From contig OZ246419.1 of NCBI GenBank assembly GCA_965231135.1, positions 577,488-641,487 on the forward strand: a DNA stretch of 64,000 bases, given 5' to 3'. The DNA is from an uncultured Gammaproteobacteria bacterium. Lineage in GTDB: Bacteria > Patescibacteriota > Microgenomatia > UBA8517. The translations under genes and the position numbers were made by a program. Numbering within the stretch: position 1 is the stretch's first letter; every line of letters begins with the position of its first letter. This document shows, one piece after another, positions 1 to 8,625 of this stretch. The notes below the pieces were generated by a model that was given only the letters and a program-made list of their open reading frames with translations, was not told the origin of the DNA and searched no databases.

Positions 1-656
1 TTCCTACAGAACAATATTTTACAGGCAACGGGACAATAAACGGATCATATTTTTTTGCCAAGAACGGATTTATAACTGTCGCACCAGACTTTTTAGGATA
101 TGGAGATTCTGATAAAGAATCAAGCAATGTCTTTGAATCGCGATTTCAAACTTATACAACTGTTATGGCAGTTCTAAAATCAGTTGGTCAAATTCCAAAC
201 TGGGATGGGAAAAATATTTTCATTTGGGCACATAGCAATGGCGGTCAGATTGCTCTAACTACTCTTGAAATCACAGGAGTAAATTATCCAACTGTTTTGT
301 GGGCTCCTGTTTCTTCCAGTTTTCCTTTTGATATTCTTTATTATAGCGACGAAGCTGATGATCAGGGAAAATCTTTAAGGAAGGAGCTTTCCACTTTTGA
401 AGATGTATATAATACTGATTTATATTCTTTAAATAATTATTTAGACAAAATAAAAGCTCCAATACAACTTGACCAAGGAACAGCTGATGATAGCGTACCA
501 GTAGATTGGAGCGATAATCTAGCTGATAATCTCAAAAAACAAGGTCTTCCTGTTGTTTATAACAAATATCCTGGTGCTGATCATATGATGACTCCGCTTT
601 GGAATACCGTTATACAGAAAGACCTTGAGTACTTCACAAAAAATTTGAAAAATTAA
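1..656 (+). CDS. Alpha/beta hydrolase (S9 peptidase-like), 5' end outside window
   Basis: Frame is open from position 3 (..FITVAPDFLGYGDS..). Nucleophile elbow WAHSNGG, acid in GTADDSVP, His in GADHMM. Confidence 0.85.
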   Translation, partial: PTEQYFTGNGTINGSYFFAKNGFITVAPDFLGYGDSDKESSNVFESRFQTYTTVMAVLKSVGQIPNWDGKNIFIWAHSNGGQIALTTLEITGVNYPTVLWAPVSSSFPFDILYYSDEADDQGKSLRKELSTFEDVYNTDLYSLNNYLDKIKAPIQLDQGTADDSVPVDWSDNLADNLKKQGLPVVYNKYPGADHMMTPLWNTVIQKDLEYFTKNLKN

Positions 657-913
657 TTTCTGTTTTCTTGTGGTTTGGCTTCGTTAACGTTGATATTGCG
701 GCCTTTTAATGGCTGTTGATTCATAGCCTCCATAGCTTTTTGAGCTTCTTCAGCAGTCGCAAACTCAACAAATCCAAAACCTCTGCTTCTTCTTGTTTCA
801 CGATCTGTGATAACAACTGCATCTGTAACGTTTCCGTAAGCTGCAAAAGCTGATTTTAAATCATCACTTGTTACTGTGTAATCCAAATTTCCAATAAATA
901 ATTTTGTTGACAT
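653..913 (-). CDS. RRM-domain RNA-binding protein
   Basis: RNP2 LFIGNL and RNP1 RGFGFVEF; purine-rich SD (AAGGAGCAAGGA) upstream. Confidence 0.95.
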   Translation of the reverse strand: MSTKLFIGNLDYTVTSDDLKSAFAAYGNVTDAVVITDRETRRSRGFGFVEFATAEEAQKAMEAMNQQPLKGRNINVNEAKPQENRN

Positions 914-1135
914 TTTTCCTTGCTCCTTTCTAAACCTGACTCTTTTCGAACATCTGGCATGAATATTGTATAATAAATGTTATGACTAATCAAAAAGCAC
1001 CAAAATTCGCGTCCAAATTCGGGAAACCTTTAGGGGGTTCTCTCTTTACTGGGCCAAAAAAAGAAGATAATAAAAACGCAAAACAAGTTGGAGGATTTGA
1101 CCCTGCAAGATTTAAGACACAACACAAGGGATAAA

Positions 1136-1564
1136 TTATCTTTCTTTTGAAGGAGTCCAGTGAACTCTTCTATACACTTCGCCGTCATTAAAATTTATAT
1201 CTTTTCTTTTTAATTTTAATAAATTTCTTTGCCAGAAACTTCTTTTTTCTTGAATTTTTATTTTTGCGATCTGTTCTCCTGCAATTACTTCATAAAGCGG
1301 ATCTATGTCATTAATTTGATTTTTTGAAAGCTTGTCGTATGATTCTCTGAACCATCTTTGTTCGTTTAAATGTAAATTAATTGTGTCAGGATCTATGACT
1401 TCTATATCTCCAAATAAGGTCTGCGGTTGATATCCTGAATCTAGAACCATATAAACAATATTTTCTAACTTTTCTCCGGCAGTTAATTCTCTTTCCTGTA
1501 AAACAATAGCTTCTGAATCTGGTTTTCCGTAGGAGCAGTACACTAGTTGGTCTTTGATTGGCAT
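1136..1564 (-). CDS. Hypothetical protein
   Basis: 142-aa ATG ORF divergent from tig with TATAAT just upstream; no recognised motif. Confidence 0.6.
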   Translation of the reverse strand: MPIKDQLVYCSYGKPDSEAIVLQERELTAGEKLENIVYMVLDSGYQPQTLFGDIEVIDPDTINLHLNEQRWFRESYDKLSKNQINDIDPLYEVIAGEQIAKIKIQEKRSFWQRNLLKLKRKDINFNDGEVYRRVHWTPSKER

Positions 1565-1603
1565 AACTTAAGTATTATATATATTTTATGATATAATTCA
1601 CGC

Positions 1604-2428
1604 ATGACAAGCACAAATATTGCAAGGACTGATGACGGGACTATTCAAATAAACTTTTCTATTCCTAAAGCTGATATTGATAAAGCACAGGAAAAAGCAG
1701 TCGAGGAATTATCAAAAGACATAACTGTAAAAGGATTTAGAAAAGGCAAAGCTCCAGTTGATAAAGCTAAAGAGAGAATTGACCCTGGAATGCTTCTTGA
1801 AAAAACTTTGGGGCAAATATTACCTGCCGCTTACACAAAAGCAATTGATGAAAACAAAATCAAACCAATAATTTATCCAAAGTTTGAAATTATGAAACAA
1901 GGAGATATCTGGGAAATTCAGGCAAAAGTTGCAGAATTACCGATAGTTGATTTGCCAGATTATAACGACATGGTTGCAGGAGCGATTCGAGCTGCATCTT
2001 TAAAGAAAGAATTAAGCAAACAAGAAAAAGAAGATGTTGTAATAAAAACTTTAATTGATTCAATAAAAGTGAAAGTTCCTAAGATTATTATTGATGAAGA
2101 AGTAAATGCTAGGCTCTCACAATTACTTGAAAGAACAGAAAAGCTTGGACTTAAACTTGAACAATATTTAGCAAGTATCGGGAAAACTGAACAAAGTCTT
2201 CGAGAGGAATATGAAAAACAGGTCGTTGATGGAATTTCCTTAGAACTTATTTTAAATAAAATGGCAGAAGTTGAAAAAATTGAAGCACCAGAATCTGAAG
2301 TAGAAACTGCAATAAAAAGCGCTGGGGTTACAGAAACTCACCAAGGACATGTTGACGAGCAAAAACAAATTGTACGAAGCGTACTTAAGCGCAGAATAGT
2401 TCTTGACCGACTTGCAAGTCTATCTTAA
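1604..2428 (+). CDS. tig: Trigger factor, short form lacking the PPIase domain
   Basis: GFRKGKAP ribosome-binding motif and SurA-like C-terminal domain; only 274 aa. Confidence 0.92.
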   Translation: MTSTNIARTDDGTIQINFSIPKADIDKAQEKAVEELSKDITVKGFRKGKAPVDKAKERIDPGMLLEKTLGQILPAAYTKAIDENKIKPIIYPKFEIMKQGDIWEIQAKVAELPIVDLPDYNDMVAGAIRAASLKKELSKQEKEDVVIKTLIDSIKVKVPKIIIDEEVNARLSQLLERTEKLGLKLEQYLASIGKTEQSLREEYEKQVVDGISLELILNKMAEVEKIEAPESEVETAIKSAGVTETHQGHVDEQKQIVRSVLKRRIVLDRLASLS

Positions 2429-2429
2429 T

Positions 2430-3068
2430 ATGGGGCAAATGGCTGACAAAACTTCAAAGCAGCAAAAAATAAAACAGATAAGGCAGGCTAACATTTTAGA
2501 AAGCCTAAAGGATCTTGGCGGAAATACTGGAAAAGCATTAGCACGCGAATCGGGAGCAATGAGCGAAGAATTTTTCAGACAACTTCTTGGAATCAAAAAG
2601 GCAAAAGTTTCTGGAGATTTGGAGCGAGGACAATCTTTTCAGCCAGGCAAAGCAATGACTGGAGAATATCAACAGGAACAAAAAGCCCAAAAACAAATAA
2701 GATTTGAAAGAAGACTTCTTGAAGAGCAAAAAGCCGAAGTCGAGAGAAAAAATAGTGAGTTGCAATTACAGCTTCATGCAATAACTAGAGAAATGCAATC
2801 TGTCGTTGAGACAACTCCAAAATTGGCAAAAGAAATACAAATCGCCCAAATAATTTCAGGAAACAAACCAGATATATATCATCTTTTGTTTTTAAATAAA
2901 ATTTTACAGTTTTTAAAAGATTTCAAGAAGAACATAGAGAATGCTTCAATCTGGTTTGCTGCACAAAATAAGCGTGCAAATAAACGAAATTTCTGGAACC
3001 AATATAAAGTGCAAAAAGGCTCAGCTTTATTAAACCCTGAAACTTATTCGCAAAGAAGTGCTGGTTAA
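2430..3068 (+). CDS. Conserved Microgenomates-type hypothetical protein (DUF5660-like)
   Basis: Coiled-coil ORF directly after tig. The C-terminal YHLLFL..IENASIW..FW..ETYSQRSAG pattern is recalled from this family. In-frame ATG 2430 preferred over TTG 2403. Confidence 0.6.
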   Translation: MGQMADKTSKQQKIKQIRQANILESLKDLGGNTGKALARESGAMSEEFFRQLLGIKKAKVSGDLERGQSFQPGKAMTGEYQQEQKAQKQIRFERRLLEEQKAEVERKNSELQLQLHAITREMQSVVETTPKLAKEIQIAQIISGNKPDIYHLLFLNKILQFLKDFKKNIENASIWFAAQNKRANKRNFWNQYKVQKGSALLNPETYSQRSAG

Positions 3069-3070
3069 TG

Positions 3071-3235
3071 TATAATATTCCTAATGTTTAAGAAACTTCT
3101 CACGGCAGAGCCGCAAGCTTTGCTTATTATTAATTTGGTCGCCCTTATTACAAGGGCCTAAGTTAATGTGAGAGGGATGTAAAAGTAAAATAAAAATCAA
3201 AAAGCAAACCTTTCACACGAGAGGTTTTTTATTTT
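3071..3235 (+). promoter_or_regulatory. Attenuator-like leader: -10 box, 25-aa uORF (3084-3161), alternative hairpins and intrinsic terminator
   Basis: TATAAT 3071-3076. uORF MFKKLLTAEPQALLIINLVALITRA*. CTTCTCAC (3096-3103), GTGAGAGG (3168-3175), CCTTTCAC (3209-3216) and GAGAGG+T-tract (3219-3230) form mutually exclusive pairings. Confidence 0.6.
3206..3230 (+). terminator. Intrinsic terminator-like hairpin immediately before ATG 3236
   Basis: AAACCTTTC-ACAC-GAGAGGTTT running into a T-rich tract. Confidence 0.7.
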
Positions 3236-3640
3236 ATGGAAAGTTTTAATAAATACAAACCAGAAGATAATACTATAAATAAATGCGAGAACTGCCATGC
3301 TTGTTGCAAGAACATGATTATGAAGATAGAAAGTTTACAGAGAAGAAAAGCCTATCCAAATGCAATAAGATCTTCTTTTTACGGCACTCAATATTTATCC
3401 GAAAGTTGCGATGAAGGTGTTTATTATATCGAAACAAATGAATCCAGTCATACAGGTTTTGATACATTTGATGAAATTGTAATTAATGGAGACTGTCCAA
3501 ACTTGAAAGATAACGGCTGGTGTGGAATTTATAAAAGAAGACCTGATGCATGCACTTTGTTTAAAAAAGATTCTAAAGCATGCGTAGATAAAAAGTTAGA
3601 AGAATTTATACCAGATGAAACATTAAAGATTGTGAGGTGA
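3236..3640 (+). CDS. YkgJ-family cysteine-cluster (CxxCxxCC) protein
   Basis: CENCHACC ... CPNL..GWCGIYKRRPDAC motif. Confidence 0.8.
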   Translation: MESFNKYKPEDNTINKCENCHACCKNMIMKIESLQRRKAYPNAIRSSFYGTQYLSESCDEGVYYIETNESSHTGFDTFDEIVINGDCPNLKDNGWCGIYKRRPDACTLFKKDSKACVDKKLEEFIPDETLKIVR

Positions 3641-3644
3641 TAAT

Positions 3645-3836
3645 ATGACAGAAAGAGAAATAAGAACAAAAGGTTTTAATTGCGATAAGATAATGGAAGA
3701 GGTATTTGGACCAGATAAAGGTTGTGAGCCATATAGTGAAAATGTACAAAACCCAGTTGCAACAGTACAAGTACAATATCCAAGACCATTAATGCCAACA
3801 GCAAAAGGTTTGGGAGAAATGGTTAATGGAGAATAA
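3645..3836 (+). CDS. Small hypothetical protein
   Basis: 63-aa ORF with SD-like GAGGTGA upstream, directly after the YkgJ gene. Confidence 0.5.
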   Translation: MTEREIRTKGFNCDKIMEEVFGPDKGCEPYSENVQNPVATVQVQYPRPLMPTAKGLGEMVNGE

Positions 3837-3876
3837 GTAGATATGGATAGGTGGGTGATATATAATACACCTATCC

Positions 3877-3950
3877 GGGCGGTTAGCTCAGTTGGCTAGA
3901 GCGCTTTCTTGACGTGAAAGAGGTCGGGGGTTCGAGCCCCTCATCGCCCA
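3877..3950 (+). tRNA. tRNA-Val(GAC), CCA not encoded; integration target
   Basis: Acceptor GGGCGGT/ATCGCCC-A, anticodon arm CTTTC-TTGACGT-GAAAG, T-loop GGTTCGAG. Confidence 0.95.
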
Positions 3951-3951
3951 C
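3902..3951 (+). repeat. attL core, 50-bp direct repeat (3' part of tRNA-Val)
   Basis: Identical to 11087-11136. Confidence 0.95.
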
Positions 3952-4056
3952 TTGTATTTATGAAAAGTCGTTGCTGTGACAACGGCAGTCCGCTACAGAC
4001 GGCATAACGCTCAGGTGGTAACTCTCGGGAAGTTAGAAGCAATCCCTTGGGTTGCT

Positions 4057-5052
4057 ATGGCTAACTTACAAGGTAAACATTTAGAAATCATATTAACTAA
4101 GTATCTTCAATGGTGCAAAATTGAACGTGGTCTTGCAAAGCAAACAGTTGCTGGGAAAAAACAGACTCTTGGCCATTTTTTGAAATATCTTGACGGCGAA
4201 AAATTGACGTTGAAGACTTCCAAAGATTATATGTATCATTTAAGTTCCGATTTGGGTTGGTCGGCAAATGGAATCAGAAGTGACTTTAATTCAAAAGTTA
4301 AACCATTTATTCATTGGCTTTTTGAAACAAAATATATAAAGATTGATTGGTCCAAAAAGATTAAGGTTCCCAAAGCACAACCAAAACAATATCCAGTAGT
4401 AAGTTTCGAAGAGCTAGATAAAACCATCTTCGCTGGAACCTCATTCACAGAAAAGGACTGTAAGCTTGCTAAAGAACGAAGGCTGGAAAACAGGGAAGCC
4501 TTACTCTTCGAAGCCAGAACAGGTTTAAGAATCGGGGCAATTATTGGACTCAAGAAAGAAGATGTCAATCTCAACTCTATCCCAGCAACTTTTAATGTTT
4601 ACAGTAAAGGTAAATTTCATACTGGCATAGTTCCTCCCGACTTAATTGAAATGATGAAAAGAAGATGTGTTGGCCCTGGAAAAGTTTTCAATGTTTATGG
4701 CGGCAGTCTTAATCACTATATAAGAAGAGGTTGCGAGAAGTTGGGAATATCAAATGATTTCCATTTCCATACCATGCGGCACAGTTTTGCCACAAGTTTA
4801 TTAAATAACGGGACAGATATTAGTATGGTAAGCAAAATCCTGGGTCATAGCAGTATTGGCATCACCGCAGACATTTATAGCCATTATTCCGTGCAAGACA
4901 AAGCCAGGGTTATTAATTCAATTCCTACAGTAAGAAAGTCTCTATCCACAGAGGAAAGGGCAAAAATAGTTATAGAAAAACTACAAAAAGACTTTGGTAT
5001 TATCAAATACACAAGAAAAGGTGAAAAACTAACAATTAATATCAAAATATAA
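4057..5052 (+). CDS. Tyrosine recombinase / integrase
   Basis: Catalytic set: TGLRIG (R), HFHTMRHSFAT (HxxR), LGHSSIGITADIY (H, Y). ATG 4057 preferred over GTG 3976. Confidence 0.95.
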   Translation: MANLQGKHLEIILTKYLQWCKIERGLAKQTVAGKKQTLGHFLKYLDGEKLTLKTSKDYMYHLSSDLGWSANGIRSDFNSKVKPFIHWLFETKYIKIDWSKKIKVPKAQPKQYPVVSFEELDKTIFAGTSFTEKDCKLAKERRLENREALLFEARTGLRIGAIIGLKKEDVNLNSIPATFNVYSKGKFHTGIVPPDLIEMMKRRCVGPGKVFNVYGGSLNHYIRRGCEKLGISNDFHFHTMRHSFATSLLNNGTDISMVSKILGHSSIGITADIYSHYSVQDKARVINSIPTVRKSLSTEERAKIVIEKLQKDFGIIKYTRKGEKLTINIKI

Positions 5053-6720
5053 TTAGGAATAGTATTTTTGTAAGTCTCTCATCGGATCGTTATCTAAATC
5101 TGGGCCGACAGGTAACTTCTTCTTCCTAAGCAATTTAAGGGCATGTTTTAGATATTTCTTCTCAACAATTAATTCATGATTGGTTTTAGAAATTGCAAAA
5201 AAATCATGACTATCTAATGTCACTTCCTTTCTAGCTAGTTTTAAAAAAAGTTCAATTCTCGGAACAATAACTATTCTTTCCATAAACACCTTATCAGATT
5301 TATATGCATTTTCTAACCAATCTAATAAGTGTTGATGCACTGGCAATGCAGCAGCACCTGGAACAATCATGACGTTCGAAGGAGAAAAAAGTACAGCCTT
5401 ACGATCTTTAGATATACGAAAATGTAACATCTTGAATCTTTTTCCTTTGGAATCGTTTTCAGCGTTAGTCCAAAACTGAAAAATAGTAAGTGCTGGAAGA
5501 GGTTTGCCACTTCCTTTCTCAAAATTTATAACAATGCTATGTATTCCTGTTAAACCGAGAGCTACTTTCTTATCTGCATAATTTTCAAGGTTGATTAAAA
5601 TATAAATCGAATCAACGACTGCCTTTATTCTATCAATCTTATCAATTAAGTAGTCCACTTTATAAATTTTCCCTGAAGATTTTATTTTGATTACTTCCCT
5701 TTTCATGTCAATCAAATAATCATTATGGCCAGAAGTACTATTTCTCAACCCTGCATCATAAGCCATTCTTATTTTTCGCTTAAGAATAAGATCAGGGCAA
5801 TCATCAATTATCTTTTTGATCATTAAACCTTTCTTGTTTCCAATTTTTAAACCATTGTATTTTTTGCCAGCAAAAGGATTTAACATAAAAGATCCACCGT
5901 TACAAATATTTATAATGTTGTAAATTATATTAAGAACCTCGCTAATCTCAAAATAAGCTTGGTAAGCATCTAAGGCTATTTGGTAACTTCTCTTTTCAAC
6001 TTCCTTAACATCATTCATCCTCAACCTTTCCACAGGTACGAAACCACCGGTAATTCGCCTATAAGCCTCCTCTGATCGTAAATTATCTGATTCTTGTATT
6101 TTATTTAGTCCTATTTCTACCGATTCGAATAAAGTAGTGTAAGTTTTATCTTCGAAAAACATTTTGAGTGCTTTCTTGTATTCAGAAGGATTAACTTTCT
6201 CAGCCCGCTCAAATAAATTGTTAAATGCACTTACATAAGGTACTTTATATTTCTTTCTTTTATTTACAGAAGTAGATGAACGATACTCATTAAGAAATAG
6301 CATATATTGCAGTCGCCACAGTCCGTAGTCAAAACTATAAAAACTATCTGTAGGCAATAATCCAGCACCTAACTTATAAGCCTGAGCTGGATTTTCAATT
6401 AACAACTTACTAATCATGTTGGTTCTATTTCTAATTTGAGAATTAATCGAAGATATTGAGTTTACAAAACCTTCTTTATGCCAGCATTCAGCAAGAGGTC
6501 TTTTTAGATGCAAAAGTTTTGATCTCTTCACATACTGTCTAGTTAACATCACAAGCGCACCACACGTACACCTGTGCAGTTGTATACTCGAAGAATCATC
6601 ACTAAGAGCTTTCTCTACGCTCAACCAGAAACTACCAGCATATGGCAAACTCTTATAAACACCTTCCAGATAGCGAATATCCAACTGGTCTAGTTCCCTA
6701 ACTCTAGTTTCCGACTTCAT
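5053..6720 (-). CDS. Large hypothetical protein with HEPN-like Rx5H motif
   Basis: LRNSTSGHNDYLID in a helical region. TATAAT-6nt-ATG supports a start at 6720 (ORF track starts at 6798). Confidence 0.55.
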   Translation of the reverse strand: MKSETRVRELDQLDIRYLEGVYKSLPYAGSFWLSVEKALSDDSSSIQLHRCTCGALVMLTRQYVKRSKLLHLKRPLAECWHKEGFVNSISSINSQIRNRTNMISKLLIENPAQAYKLGAGLLPTDSFYSFDYGLWRLQYMLFLNEYRSSTSVNKRKKYKVPYVSAFNNLFERAEKVNPSEYKKALKMFFEDKTYTTLFESVEIGLNKIQESDNLRSEEAYRRITGGFVPVERLRMNDVKEVEKRSYQIALDAYQAYFEISEVLNIIYNIINICNGGSFMLNPFAGKKYNGLKIGNKKGLMIKKIIDDCPDLILKRKIRMAYDAGLRNSTSGHNDYLIDMKREVIKIKSSGKIYKVDYLIDKIDRIKAVVDSIYILINLENYADKKVALGLTGIHSIVINFEKGSGKPLPALTIFQFWTNAENDSKGKRFKMLHFRISKDRKAVLFSPSNVMIVPGAAALPVHQHLLDWLENAYKSDKVFMERIVIVPRIELFLKLARKEVTLDSHDFFAISKTNHELIVEKKYLKHALKLLRKKKLPVGPDLDNDPMRDLQKYYS

Positions 6721-6767
6721 AACATGATTATATTCGTTGTGTAAAGATATTTTAAAAAAGACATCTC

Positions 6768-6995
6768 TTAGGATGAATAATCCCCTGACTGTTTCCACAA
6801 ATGAGCACGACCTTCACCTTTTACTCTAGGCATGATGTCACGAAGAGGAGTCTTACGATCTGTCAACTTGACGATCTCAGCTTCCAAGTCTTGACGTGCC
6901 AATAAAGAATTAGGAATAGGACCTGCAAAGCCACCTACGTCCACGTTCTTAGCAAAAAGATTCAATACTGCTTCTGGATCAATTGGATTGTTCAT
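6768..6995 (-). pseudogene. Truncated phage major-capsid-like N-terminus
   Basis: LARQDLEAEIVKL..RKTPLRDIMPRVKGEGRAHLWKQ resembles the N-terminal region of phage capsid proteins; stops after 75 aa. Confidence 0.5.
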
Positions 6996-7007
6996 TAAAA
7001 TTGTTGT

Positions 7008-7036
7008 TTGACAAAGCCTGTAGTAAAGAATATATT
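7008..7036 (+). promoter_or_regulatory. Sigma70-type promoter of the RiPP precursor
   Basis: TTGACA-17 nt-TATATT; SD AAGGTGA before ATG 7072. Confidence 0.7.
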
Positions 7037-7071
7037 CTTTTTACATATTAATATGAGAGAAGGTGATTTAA

Positions 7072-7269
7072 ATGAGTAGAGAAGAAAGAAATCTAATAGA
7101 TGCATTACCACAACAAAATATTGGCGTTGCCATTAAAGGCCAGGATTGTGAACAAAGCTGTGGAAGTTGTAATAGCTGTGCCTGTGGAGACAATAGCTGT
7201 GGAAGTTGTTCATCGTGTGCTGATTGTGGATGCAATTGTTCAAATAGAGAAGGCAATATAACTAAATAG
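7072..7269 (+). CDS. Putative RiPP precursor peptide (Cys/Ser-rich repeat core)
   Basis: 25-aa Cys-free leader, then 11 Cys and 8 Ser with a duplicated SCGSC(N/S)SCA; strong SD; directly upstream of YcaO. Confidence 0.8.
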   Translation: MSREERNLIDALPQQNIGVAIKGQDCEQSCGSCNSCACGDNSCGSCSSCADCGCNCSNREGNITK

Positions 7270-7317
7270 TTATTTTTCAAGCAGTTTGCTATACTTTGGT
7301 GGTTTTTAAGCGTGTAA

Positions 7318-8625
7318 ATGAAAAATAATACCGTCAATACCATCAAAGAAATAGCATCTGCTTTACAGGATATTAAATTAGTTGAATCTTTTCAAAGAAC
7401 TCGTTTGCATTATGACGAGCCTAAGTTTTGGTTTTATTCTACAATCATAAACGATAAATATTTAAAGCACCAAGGGCAGCATTTTAGTTCTAATTCTTCT
7501 GGAGTATCTTTTTTTTCTCAAAATAAAGCCGTACTTAAATCACTATTTGAAGCGTTGGAAAGATATAGCAACTTTGCTTTCTTTAAAAAAGATATAGATT
7601 TCGTTGGAAGATTTGTTGATATCAAAACTAATGCAATTAATCCCGAATCCTTCTCGTATTTTTCGGAAAAACAATTAAATAATCCAGAATATAAAAAATT
7701 TAAAATAAACGATAAATCTAGATTTGATTGGACAAAGGTTAAATTATTAACCGACGGTAAGGAATATCTTGTACCCTGCCAGACAATATATCTTTCCTAC
7801 AAATTAATTAAGGGAGAGCCTACATTTTATCCTTCGATTAGTACAGGCGTAGCTGCTCATTCTGATTTGGACTCTGCAATTTTAGGAGGTATTTATGAGG
7901 TAATAGAGAGAGATTCTTTTATGATTTATTATTTAAATAAATTAAAACCAAAAAAATACAATTTAAAATCTTCTAAGAACAAAAAAATTCGCTCTCTGGC
8001 GGAAATTACCGAAAGATATCATATGGAATTATATTGTCTTGATATAACTACAGATTTAGGAATACCGACTGTGGCTTCCATTTTAATCGATCGATCGGGA
8101 TTAAGTAAGGCAGTTTCTGTAGGGTTAAAATCAAATTTAAATGTTGAAAAAGCTATCATTGGTTCAATTAACGAGGCCTACCATACAAGAAGTTGGATAA
8201 GAGAAGCATATATTCAAAATCCAACAAATATTACAGAAAAAGAGTTGCTTGAAAGTTCTAGTATGAAAAATAGAGGATTGCTTTGGTATAAACCTGAATC
8301 AATTTCTCATATTAACTTTTTAATTAAAGCGTTGAGATCTGAAGTTATTACCTTAAAAAATAATAATTTATCTGTAAAGGAACAAATCAGATATTTAAAT
8401 GACAGTTTAAATAAAGCTGGTTATAAAATTTATTATAAAGATATTACTCCTGAATATTTCAAAAATATCCATTTCAAAGCAGTAAAAGTAATAATACCTG
8501 GCATGCAACCATTATACTTAGAAGAAAAATTCGCACTTCGTGGAGGTAATAGATTGCACGCTGTTCCCGTTAAGTTGGGGTATAAAAATATTAGATTAAA
8601 CACCTACCCACATCCGTTTTTATGA
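7318..8625 (+). CDS. YcaO-family cyclodehydratase
   Basis: SLFEALERY and STGVAAH..EVIERD ATP/Mg-binding motifs; C-terminal YPHPFL (PxP). Confidence 0.93.
   Translation: MKNNTVNTIKEIASALQDIKLVESFQRTRLHYDEPKFWFYSTIINDKYLKHQGQHFSSNSSGVSFFSQNKAVLKSLFEALERYSNFAFFKKDIDFVGRFVDIKTNAINPESFSYFSEKQLNNPEYKKFKINDKSRFDWTKVKLLTDGKEYLVPCQTIYLSYKLIKGEPTFYPSISTGVAAHSDLDSAILGGIYEVIERDSFMIYYLNKLKPKKYNLKSSKNKKIRSLAEITERYHMELYCLDITTDLGIPTVASILIDRSGLSKAVSVGLKSNLNVEKAIIGSINEAYHTRSWIREAYIQNPTNITEKELLESSSMKNRGLLWYKPESISHINFLIKALRSEVITLKNNNLSVKEQIRYLNDSLNKAGYKIYYKDITPEYFKNIHFKAVKVIIPGMQPLYLEEKFALRGGNRLHAVPVKLGYKNIRLNTYPHPFL

Noticed and set aside
7068-7346. 92-aa antisense ORF with QLPQL repeats
   Set aside because: Mirror of the Cys/Ser codons of the precursor, which has the promoter, SD and operon context.
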